In this document: positions 36,820 through 48,178 of the stretch, in pieces
Position numbering within the stretch: position 1 is the first letter of the stretch
How the letters are laid out: each line of letters begins with the position of its first letter
The notes under the pieces: generated by a model
What the model was told of the DNA's origin: nothing
Seen by the model: the letters and a program-made list of their open reading frames with translations, nothing else
The model's database searches: none
Assembly: GCA_028023455.1 (NCBI GenBank)
Contig: JAQFVV010000008.1
Location: 14,260,001-14,324,000, forward strand
Length of the DNA: 64,000 nucleotides
Direction: 5' to 3'
From: Epiperipatus broadwayi
Taxonomy: Eukaryota > Animalia > Onychophora
Made by a program: the position numbers and the translations under genes

Positions 36820-37910
36820 ATGAAGAAGTTAGCCCTTCATCAGTTCTATACAAAATTTTTACCAAATTCAAGTATTGAGAGAAGTTATAGAAAGGACCAA
36901 TGAATACCAGTTACCATATTGCTTTGGATTTGTAGATTTTGAAAAGCATGTAATTCTATATACATTTTTTCAGTAATTAAAATATTGGATCATCAAGATA
37001 TAGATCCAGGATATTGTCATATTCTGAATATTTATAAAAATTCAGCAGCAACAATTAGATTATGTAATGATACTAAAAAGTTAACATTTAGAAGGATATA
37101 TGAGGAGGATGATTCCATATGACCAAAACTTTTTACTAGAGTTTTGCAAGAAGTGTTTTGTGGATTAAAATGGGAAGCTAAGGAAATAAAAGTAAATGGA
37201 GATTATTTAAGTCATCTAGATTTTTAGATAATATAGTTGTTTTTGTAACTAATGCTTTAAAACTTCAGAAAATGTCATAAGAATTATCAGGTGAAAGTAA
37301 GAAAGATGGATTAAAGATAAATTTTAAAAAGTCTAAAGTAATGTTAAATGGATTTTCTCAAAAGAAAAAAATGAAGATTGATTATGATGAGTTATAAGAA
37401 GGTAACAAGTACAAATATCTTGGTCAGATCATTACTACAGAATGCATGAAATTAATTATAGAATTAAACTTGGTTGGAGTTATTTTGGTAGAAATAACTT
37501 AATATTAAAAAAGAAATATGCCTCTGTGTTTGAAAAAGGTTTTTAATAACTTGAGCACTTAACAGAAGATCAATACAGGGACTTCAGATCACTTAATGAA
37601 GTATGGAAAGTTATTAGGAATAAAAATCAGAAACAAAGTATATGAGTGAAAGAATAAACACATGTTACTGACATCGTTGAAAGAATTATGAGTCTGAAAT
37701 GGAGTTGGGTTGGACAAACTATTAGAAGAAATAATAATAAATAGACAGTTTAGAAAGAAACTACATAAGAGATTGATGGATGAAATAAGGAGTCCTAGGG
37801 TGATGTGGATAAAAGAGAGGCTAGAAATCAGAAAAGATAGATTGAACTTGGAGAGACCTTCATTCAGCAGTGAATTAATAATGATTGAAAATAGTAATAA
37901 TGATGAATAA
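36820..37910 (+). mobile_element. Decayed RTE LINE fragment
   Basis: SVLYKIFTK, PYCFGFVDFEK, HQDIDPGYCHIL, KYKYLGQII; ends in an aat/gat-rich tail. Confidence 0.8.
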
Positions 37911-38350
37911 AAACAAAACACAATTCATCTTTTGCATTTATCATTAAAATATGTAATATACTGTTTTTTATAAAAATATTATATTAATGCATTTAATGGT
38001 TTTTATATTAAAACATCTATTTGAATTCTGCATTTTATTGTACAATGTCCCTTTTGATTAAACAAGAATAAGTATTCTAATGCACATTCCAATTTTTCAC
38101 ATTCCCAACTTTTTTATCTGTTCAATTCATAATTTTTTATTTTTTATTAATAAAAATAAAACTCTCATAGTTTAATTAGAATGTAAGCATTATCAAGCAG
38201 TAGAAAAATGGAGTTATGGTATTGTATTTAGAATTATAGATTATGTCTGCCAAAAAAAAGTCACTTCTAGATAATAACAATAATAAAAAAGCTAATCTTT
38301 CATCTATGAAGGAATTAAATTACTCTCTTGTTTTCTCAATGTGTTTTTTT

Positions 38351-40166
38351 AATATTATTTTATTATTAAATAAAAAAAGAGCTGATAATGATAGTATAAT
38401 TATGAATTAGTAAGGAAAGCTATAGAAAAGAATAAAAGTCTCAAGGGTGTAAAATAACATTTTGGTATTGTAGGAAACTTATATCTGCAATAAGAAAAGA
38501 ATGGAACTATTACTAACAAGAGAGATGACATCATGAAATTGTATAGAAGAGTTCTATCAAAATTATATAATAATAAAAAACAAGTATCTCCTACATCTTT
38601 TATATCTTAAACAGGCAAAACTCTCTATACAGTAGTGCCATCCTGTGCCAACCAGAGTAATCTATGGATGCCAGAAAGCTTGTGCATAAAATCCCCATCT
38701 AGTGCCTACTCATCCAATATCCTTGGAGACTAGTTTCTGGCTTGTGGCACTACAGTATGGAGAGTTTTTCCTGTTTAATAACAGTTATGTGCTAGCATAA
38801 GAGATGGTTGATCATGTGATCTATGATATCTTTTTAATTGCCCAGGATTAAGTGAGACATGCAATTAAATTTATGAAGAAGGAAAAAGCTTCAGGTAATG
38901 ATGGAATTATAATTGATATATTAAACGAAACAGATGAAGAAATAGAATTTTTTTTTGGCAAAGTTATATACCAAATGCCTAAATGATAAAGATGTACCAG
39001 ATGATTGGTATAATGCAGTATTAACATTTTAAAAAGGTGATAAAGAAGATTTCAGTTCATTAGTTTTATACAAAATTTTTACCAAGGTAATTACAACTCT
39101 TCTCCGGAGAATATTAGATTTCAACCAACCAAAAGAATAAGCCAGATTTAAAAGTGGTTTTAGTACAGGAGATCATATCCAAGTATTGAGAGAAGTTATA
39201 GAAAGAACAATAAATATGAATTGCCATTATGCTTTGAATTTGTAGATTATAAAAAAAGCATTTGATTCTATAAGCATTTTTGCAGTGATTAAAATATTGG
39301 ATCATCAAAGTATAGATCCAGGATATTGTCATTTTCTGAAGAATATTTATAATAATGCAACAGCAACAATTAGATTACATAATAATACTAGGAAGGTTAA
39401 CATTGAGAAGGGTGTAAAACAGACTGATGGACATAACTCCAAAACTTTTTACAGCAGTGCTGTTTTCAGCAGTGCTACAAGAAGTATTTTGTGGATTAAA
39501 ATGGAAAGCTAAAAGAGTAAAAGTAAATGGAGATTATTTAAATCATTTAGATTTTTCAGATGATAGAGCTTCAGGAAATGTTGCAAGAATTATTAAATGA
39601 AAGTAAAAAAGTAGGACTAAAGGTGAATATTAAAAAGTCTAAAGTAATGTTCAATAGATTTTCTCAAAAGATGAAAATAAAGATTGATTATGATGAGTTA
39701 GAAGAATTTAACAACTACAAATATCATGGTCAGATTATTACTACAGATGGAAACATAATGGATGAAATTAATTATAGAATTAAACTTAGTTAGAATGCTT
39801 TTGATAGAAATAACTTAATATTAAAAGGAAATATGACTATGTGTTTGAAGAGGAAGGTTTTTAATAAATGTGTTTTATCAATTCTTAGTTATGGATATGA
39901 GACTTGGACACTTAATAGAAGAGCAATACAGAGACTTCAGACCATTCAAAGAAGTATGGAGAAGTGCATGTTAAGAGTAAGAAGAAGAGATCGAAAATGC
40001 AAGAGATTTAAAAAACCCAGAAAAAGACCACGTGAGACAGATGGATGAAATAAGTAAGTGTGTAGGGATGATGTGGAGAAGAGAGGCTAGAGATCAAAGA
40101 AAATGGATTGAATTTGACAATACTTTCATCCTGTAGTGGATTGACAATGGTTGACAATGATGATAC
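38351..40166 (+). mobile_element. Decayed RTE LINE, 5'-truncated, flanked by 54-bp direct repeats
   Basis: RHAIKFMKKEKASGNDGII, KSGFSTGDHIQVLREVIE, VKVNGDYLNHLDFSDD, LSYGYETWTLN; tail gacaatgatgat. Confidence 0.85.
38611..38774. mobile_element. 164-bp MITE flanked by TTAA
   Basis: About 30-bp TIRs acaggcaaaactctctatacagtagtgcca / tggcactacagtatggagagtttttcctgt (3 mismatches); TTAA at 38607-38610 and 38775-38778. Confidence 0.8.
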
Positions 40167-40946
40167 CTTTCATCCATGAAAGAATTAAATTACTCCCTTG
40201 TTTTCTCAATCTGTTTTTTTTTCCTCGTTATTTTATTTATTTTTAAAAACTGAACACTTTTTTACAAGTATAAAAATATATGACTTTAATAACAACTTTT
40301 TAAGCAGATGTAATCAGAATTCTGCTCAACTTTACTGGAGTTAATTTTTTTTTTTTACTTGTTTTATCACAATAAAAAAAATCGGTCATCTACAGTAAAA
40401 AACATTGATTTAAATGGAAATTTGCAATAATAGTAAAAAAAGAGTAAAAACAGCAAATAAAAAAGGTAATTCAAAAAAATGTGAAAGGGACCCAAATTCT
40501 TGCTAAAAGTCAAGCCTTGAAATATTTTCAGATAATTTCTAAAACAGATGTGACTCCAGAGTTCAGAAAGCTGTTACAATAAATTATTTATTCAATTGAA
40601 AATATCGTGAAAATCAGCTTGTATGAAAAATATAATAAGTTATCCAGAAAGAAATAGATAATATAATTTATCAGGTTGTAAGTAAAATGAGAATGGATTT
40701 GATTTTAGAATTACATCAAAATGAGGTGAAAAGAGGAATCATGAATGCAGCAACTATAAGAGAATGACATCTTCATAGCAATAAAGATCACATCATATTA
40801 TAATCCCAGTTTCTACTTATATAATTGGTACATCAACAGTTATCTAAAAATTTAGATTAACCTCGGCTTTTATTTTTTAAATATAACTAATATTAATCAA
40901 TATTGAATGGCTAGTTTACTTTTAATAGACTGATTACCCTAATCAT

Positions 40947-40948
<2 letters not shown>

Positions 40949-40980
<32 letters not shown>

Positions 40981-41119
40981 GAAATGATAATAATAGTAAT
41001 AATAATAATGACAACTTGTTTGACACCCAAAAAGATTTCACAGATTATTCAATCCAGACTTGAATTCCAGGCTGTGAACTCAGAGTGATATGCAATCTTA
41101 TTTCACTGAGCCAAACAGC
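40949..41119 (-). mobile_element. Possible tRNA-derived SINE with (ATT)n tail
   Basis: Minus strand A-box-like TGGCTCAGTG (41113-41104) and B-box-like GGAATTCAAGTC (41068-41057), followed by the (TAA)n microsatellite at 40949-41009. Confidence 0.4.
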
Positions 41120-42199
41120 AAATATTGCAACTTTAACACAAACATTATGGCAATAGTTACAAAGTGATTGGTGAACTTAAAACAAGTATAAAGGTATAAA
41201 TGTAAAAATTTAACCATTGTTTTTTTTTTTAAAGCACAGAAATATTTTGCCCCAAATATAAATTTTGTATTTTAGCAGAAAAATTATTTTATGTATATAA
41301 ACAAATTTGACATCAAGTAAAAAAAAAAAAAGATTAGCAGAAAAACTATTATTATTTTTAGATAAATTAGTTATAAATCTAATTAATGAAAAAATATTTT
41401 TGTATCTATCATTTTTCATACATTAAATTTATATATATCTGTATATTTTTTTTTTTTACATGTACACAATTTATTTATTTACTCATTTTTTTTTACATAT
41501 AATTCTTCTTAAATTAAGTTTGCATCTTGTCATATATATATATTTGTTCACTTGTTTCTCATTCTTAATAACAATATGACAAGATTCATTATATTTTTAG
41601 AAACAGTATTTATTTTATTCCAAAGCTATTTATTGCAAGTTTGAAAAGATAATCGACACTAGATGAAAATCCTATACTCACAGTACTAGACTAGTTTTTA
41701 GCAATTAATTGTCTTACAGAGAGATATAAAATTGTACTTACAATCTACTGATAGATACTATCTAATATTGATTGAGTATTCAATATTATGATAAATAGCT
41801 ATTAAAAATACAAAAATATTGCTCCTAAAAGTATATGTTGAATGTAAGCAGAGAAAATCATGCAATGTTTTGTTGGTATATACATTCTGGCCAAAGTCTA
41901 AAAGATTGACTAAAATAAACAGTCACTAAAATATATAGTTATTGACTATAAAAGTAAATTATCTTCGTTCAAAGTCTCGGGATGTTTTTGCATTTCAGGC
42001 TATTAACTCAGTGGTATAAAAGAATAAAGTGTGTGTCCCATGTGATGGTTTGTCATGATGGGGGGGGGGAGATTATAATTGCAATTTTGCTTCTCACTGA
42101 TGATGGCTAATAATTAGAAACAAATATGGATTTCAAAATAGTATTTTCATCTAGTGGCTATTAATAACCCTGGGAACTTGTAATAAATCACCCTAGATA

Positions 42200-43800
42200 A
42201 ATTGTGAATTAATGCGTAGAGAATTAAGAATAGAAAAGAACTTTAAAAAACATTCATTGAGTTTGTAACAAAAGCATTGAGTGATTGGGAATTGTTAAGA
42301 TAGTGTGATTTATAACAGTTTAATTCATGAGAAGATGGATAGAATATACTTGTTCTGAATTAAATAAAACAATAGTTTTCAATTGAAATGATAATAGGTA
42401 TAGGAAGTATCTAAAGATTTAAAAATAGAAGTTTGGGAATTAGATTACAATATATATATATAAAAGATTTTAACCTTGTTAAACTAGTTATAAATCAATG
42501 GTAATAACTTTTGTAATTTATGAAATATTTACATACATATTATTAAATAGGATTAAGATTTGAATAAAAGTGAATAAAATTTTGAAGGAGTTTGTTCTGA
42601 GATCTGGATAGGGAATAATTTATTATTTGTTAATCAATTGATAACAATATGATACAGAAAAAAATAAACAAAGATTTATTACATTTTTAAATAGGGAAAG
42701 AACTTATAATAGCATGAATAGAAATAGATTGTTTATGATCACTCTTTATTATTTATTTTATTTCTGAAAGAAATGAAGGATAAGATAAAAAGATTGTGTA
42801 TAGGAATGAGATTTCTATAATGAAAACAAGATTACTTATTATGATGGGTTTTTTTTTTCAAGCAGAGGATATGGTACTTTTTTGTAAAAGCATAAAGGAT
42901 GAGGAGTTATTATTAAAGAAGTAACTAGTCAGGAAGAAATATAAACATTTCTATCTTCAAAATAAAAAATGGAAGATATTTATTTTGCTGAAAAGAAGGA
43001 GTATAGATATTTAGGCATTTAATTAAATGAGAAAAACAAAAGACAATTAATGATTACAGTTAAACAATAACCAAAAAATGAAATGGAATTATTCACAAAT
43101 TTAAAATATTTATCATATAATAAATATAAAGTATATATTTTCTATTTTAGAAGAACTTCAAATTTTTTTAGAGAGAATTCAAAATTAAATAGATAGATAG
43201 GCCAAAAGTTATGAAATGAGAATAGCAAATAAAGCTATTCAGAGAAATTTAAAGCAAATTAAAAATATTTAAAAGGCTACAATATATGAAATGTTTAATA
43301 AAAACAGTATATAATTAGATCCTCTTGGAAAAAAACAAATGTATTGAGAAAGACAAAATTTTAAAATATGAAAGTTAATAGACAGAGAATTTATTTTCAA
43401 TTATTTATTGGGATACATGCACAGAAAAATTATTATTGGTACATAGTTATGAAAAGTGAGAAAAGAGCACAGTTAAGTTGACTAAAGAAAAAGAAATAAA
43501 AATTATGGAAGATGAATATAAATAAAAATGTAGATATATAAAATAAAAAAATATATAAAAGGACCTAGTGGAACTTAGTGTTACTTTATGCAAGAATGTG
43601 CTTTAGTTATCAGATAAAGAAAGTAAACATAAATTTAAAATATTGAACTAAATGTGGTTTATATTGAGATGGAAATGTATTGACATTTAATTTTTGGGTG
43701 TGGAATGTTGAAAAAGAATAATGGTAAACTATATGGAGGGTGGGAGAAACATAAATATATAGGAAATATAAAAAATGAGATTTTTAAAAAAGTTTCTATG
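42200..43800 (+). mobile_element. Highly decayed LINE RT remnant (L2/Crack-like)
   Basis: Fragments SLFIIYF, QAEDMVLF (ADD motif) and EYRYLGI*LNEK occur in RT order. Confidence 0.45.
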
Positions 43801-44896
43801 ATTAGAATGGGAAATATGAGAATAAAATATTAAAATGGAATAGCTTATAATAATATAGGAGAGAATGACTATGCCATTGCTGGAAAAATGATCTGATAAT
43901 AGAAAATAAGACGAGTTTATAGTCTTGTACCATAATTGTAGAAGGAATGTTTAATTTGATTAATAGAGTCTCTGGACATGCATTTACAAAAACTCTGACA
44001 TTGTCATTATTTCTCAAAAATTGATACACGGCTCAACAAATTTTCTATTCAATTTAAATTATATTGTTTTCTTCATTATCAATAATTAAATTCTCTATTT
44101 CCCCACACACTTTATACTATAGCAAGATCATAATACCAATTGATATGTTATTCATTTAGTGAAATAGGATGGTATCAAATATATAGCTAGACGAATACAT
44201 CTTCATTTGATTATTACGAGAAGCAGTTCTTAAAAATATATTTTATAGTAAACTTAAGCATAGTTTCCATGAGATAGGTAGGCCTCATTTATATTATAAA
44301 GATTATCCCAAAAGACATTCTAATGAGTTGCAAAATCGATTGCTTGTCTTGAAAAAATACAGCTGATAACAAATACAATGGAAGAGTTATAATTAGGATA
44401 GGTGTTAAAATTCTTTCAGAATAATTTTAAAAAAAGGCAGCTAAAACATAAGAGCCAAATAACAAACTATATTACTGGCATATCATACACGTAGCTACAT
44501 TTATGGTTGATTTGTGTAATCATAAGTTTTTATCTAAATTTGTTTCTATTTTTTTTTCTTTCTAAAATTAAATTACCCATATTTGTATACGAATGCAAGT
44601 TAATCTTTATAAAATTTAAAACTGTTTCTCCAAATATCTTAAGTCAACATAAAATTGCTTAAATCTCTTTACTTAATATTTTTCAAATCATTATAAATAT
44701 TTAGATTCTCTTCAAATTTTGTAAAAATGATTCTCTCTACGATCTTAAATTTCTTATCAAATTTATATATTCTTGATATATCTATAGCCATTTAATTAAT
44801 GTAGACTTTTGATAAATTGAAAGACTTTAGTTAGAATCATAAGTTAAAAGTCTCTTCATCAGTCAACAGTCCCCTCCCCTTCTTGTTTTGATCAAA

Positions 44897-44964
44897 AGCG
44901 CCATCTGCAAAATAAATTTTGATAGGAATTATGGGTATTAATGCAATATCATTGGTCATATGAC
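44897..44964. promoter_or_regulatory. Candidate promoter motifs of the V-ATPase B gene
   Basis: agcgccatctgc (44897-44908; reverse GCAGATGGCGCT, CTCF/YY1-like) and the palindrome GTCATATGAC (44955-44964; CLEAR/M-box-like), in a CpG-retaining region just upstream of the ATG. Confidence 0.4.
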
Positions 44965-44973
44965 TTAGCAAAG

Positions 44974-45079
44974 ATGTCGAAAACTAGGCAAGGTCCGGTG
45001 CAGGTGCTGAATCCTACAGAAGCAAGTAGAACTCATGCTTTGGCAGTTAGTAGAGATTACAAATCTCAACCACGATTAA
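44974..45079 (+). CDS. ATP6V1B (Vha55): First coding exon of V-type proton ATPase subunit B
   Basis: MSKTRQGPVQVLNPTEASRTHALAVSRDYKSQPRL matches the conserved N-terminal H(V/A)LAVSRD(Y/F)ISQPRL; followed by a phase-1 GTAAGT donor at 45080. Exon 2 (TYKTVxGVNGPL) was not found in the window. Confidence 0.85.
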
Positions 45080-45958
45080 GTAAGTTATTTTATTATGTTT
45101 ACAAATATTATCTTTAAAGTAAATTTTCTGTATTTTTATTAAAGTGATGCCGCTAATAACGTTACATTTATATAATGGGTAGTTAAAAAAAAGAAATACC
45201 TATTTTCTAGATAGTATTTGTTTATTAATTAATGCCTCATTATTTATTTCTTGAGACCTAACCTATTTATCAATTTTTATTAGTATCCTCTTTCTTTCTT
45301 TTTTTGTTGTAACATTCAACTTCTAATTAAGTTAGCGATTTTTTATCTTTGGAAAATCCTATTGAATTATTTAAAAATCTGTTTCTAATATTAATTTATT
45401 TCGAGTACAGTATTTTATTTTTGCAAAGCCATTTGTCATATATTGTAATCACTTAAACAAACCAGGATCTAACATTGTGGCTGTATAATTTTGTAAGTTG
45501 ACTCTAGTTAATCTTTCTGGCCTTGAAAATTAAACTAGGCTTAACTGCCTAAAGCCATTTCAACATGTTTTTTGCCGGTTTTTGAATGAACTTTTGGAAT
45601 GTAAATAACTATCTATATTCAGAATAAAAAACCAGATTTACTATTCAGTAATTTATCATCTATTATTTTATTTCCCTTTTAAAATTATTGCTTGATTATT
45701 GTTTAAATTAATGTGTGTATACATTGAAAAATTTATATTTAACAAAAATTATGTTTGATAAAAATGAAGCAATATTTACTGCTATTAAAAGATAAAGTAT
45801 ATGAATGCTATGTATTAATTATCAATAATTTAAAAGTTCTACTAAAGGGGAGAGGGGATATTTTTATGGATTTTGTTGGATTTATTACTTTGAAAACGAT
45901 TTCTGTAATACATATTTTATAGTTTTTAATTAAAGTTAAAACTGTAAGGAAGATATAG

Positions 45959-45994
45959 CTCTGACGAAAACTGCTGGACAGTCGAAACTGTAAG
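45959..45994 (+). ncRNA. Degenerate minimal hammerhead-like motif in intron 1
   Basis: CT-CTGACGA-aa-ACTG-ctgga-CAGT-C-GAAAC-t-GTA-AG: core present, but the stem II closing pair is A.C, stem III is not palindromic and stem I is only 2 bp. Confidence 0.45.
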
Positions 45995-46299
45995 AAAATA
46001 AAGGAGGTTAAGAAAATTACTTGCATTAAAGTGTATATGAATGAAGTATTATAAGTAATATATATATATAGTTTTTATCTAATGAAAATGGACCCGTCTT
46101 CTTTGCTCCATCCTGAACTACTTTGTGTGAGTATGTGCACTTCCATTCATTACCTGTCCATTTAGAGGATCGATATTTTTCAGTAAGAAAACTAAGTTGA
46201 TATTTGAAAGCAAATCACATGCTTTTTAAATGACCAAAAATCGACAGGAATTATACAGAAAAAATCCACCTCTTTCAAAAAAAAAAAAAAAGATACCTT

Positions 46300-47700
46300 G
46301 TAAATTAAAACTATCATGTCTAAACTTTGCTTGCAACTTCATTTACTGGGCTGAATGAAATATTTTCATTACTTTTAATAGAATAAATATTTTCAGAAGA
46401 TCATAAATCAGTAAATAATTTAAAAGTGAATTTGACAAATAAAAATTGTATTCAGAAAAAATAAACTTTTACATGGAAACATTTTTTTCCTCCAGAAATA
46501 TCTTTTTTTTGATTGGGTTTTTCATATTACAAGAAGATATATTTATTATTGTAATGTTGGATTCTATTCACCACATTGTTGACCAGCTTTTTCTTTTATC
46601 ACCAATCTTTCTAAACATATATATTTAAATAAATCAAATCATCTCATGATATAATCAAAATTGGACACTTTCAACCTAGTCACTTAAGTTTCAAGTGAGA
46701 GTTTAGTTCTAATCTTAATCAAGAATTCACTTATTCATTTCTTTAATTGTCTGGAGATTTCACAAATCTTTGTCAACATACAGCTCAAAATCATCAATAC
46801 TTTAACTACTACTATTTTCAGTATTCATATTATACTGGTATTTCAATATTATTTATAAAGTTAGTGAAAATATATCTTAAATAATTCTAATCTTCAATTT
46901 TAAAGATTTATCGTTCCTGAAATTTTAAAGATATTTTCTTCCAGATGGAAATCCTTTGAAGGTTTTTACTGCTTTTCTCTAGGTATCATAACATTTTATT
47001 AATCTTATGAGAAATCTGTAAGAAATAGAAACTAAAACTAGCTACAACAAATTATTTTCATATGTAGATCTTCTTTACCTTTTTTTTTATTTGACATATA
47101 TTACCAATGATCTTGAAAGCAGTGCTTATATTTGGTTTATTTCAATATAAGGTTTTATCTATGCTGTATGATTTTGAATATAACCTTAATTGCATATGGA
47201 ATAAGAAATGTATATATAATAGTTTTCACATATTTCCAAAATTCCTTTTATATATATATTGGAATAAAAATCAATTTCTTCTAGTCTATAGGCTAATAGA
47301 TGGTTTTTCAAATTAACTGGCATAATTTGGTAAGTATATATATTTTTTTAGTTTCTTCAAAATTTCTGATGTACTGCTATCAATTTTTGTTGCTTTATCT
47401 TTTAGCAATGATCTCAAGGCTAATTTGATCTCATTTTCAATTATTAGGGATTCTTTAATGGTTGTTTTTTTTATGGTACAGCTTTTCTGTACTTTCCTGA
47501 TGTCTCTATTTGATCTTTGTTTATGATATCATGTTTCTCTTTTCAATATTTTTTCAAATAGTACAATATTGCTTCAATCTTTTCATGGATTTTTTTGGAA
47601 TTTCATTTTCTTTTACAAGATGTTTATACTTATCATGTCTCTCCAATATCTTTACAAATATTATAATATTACTTTTTTTTTTTCATAGATTCTTTTGGAA
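46300..47700 (-). mobile_element. Decayed RTE-BovB-like LINE
   Basis: Minus strand ENEIKLALRSLLKDKATKIDS, TKLCQLI*KT..PID*, CENY and IKPYIE correspond to BovB-type EVRWAL..NKAPGIDG..LCQQIWKT..WPTDW..NYRTI..LQPYIE. Confidence 0.7.
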
Positions 47701-48178
47701 TTTTCATTTCTCTTAAAAGATCTTTATTCATTTAATTTTTAACTTTGTTTCTTTGTGATTATTATTATTATTATATCTTCTGTCCTTTATTTTGAACTTA
47801 ATGGGATTTTTTTTTAATCTTACTCAAATTTTTCACAATTTTTTTTTTTAATTATTTTTTTCATTTCCATTAACATTTCATTTGACTCACCATCAATTAC
47901 ATTCAAAACCTCAAAATTGATTTCTTATATTATTTTTAAAAGCAGTAGGAATGTTTTTAGTTATATGTAGGAAATTGGATTAGATTATAATGATCATAGA
48001 CAATCCTCCTTGCTTCATATTTCCTGAGATATTGATGTGTTTAATGTATTAATACTAGAGATCCACTTTCCAGCATTGGAGCTTTATTCTGCTTTATTGT
48101 ATTCATCATAATTTTCATGTTTTACTATTGATTATAATCAATTGTCACCATCATTCTGGATTATTGCTTTCTAACATA

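Noticed and set aside
44820-44865. Minus-strand CTGATGA followed by an AGACTTT/AAAGTCT stem
   Set aside because: No GAAA after the stem, so not a hammerhead.
46082-46132. Possible alternative first exon MKMDPSSLLHPELLC ending at GTGAGT
   Set aside because: Phase 0 donor is incompatible with the phase-1 intron of V-ATPase B; no homology.
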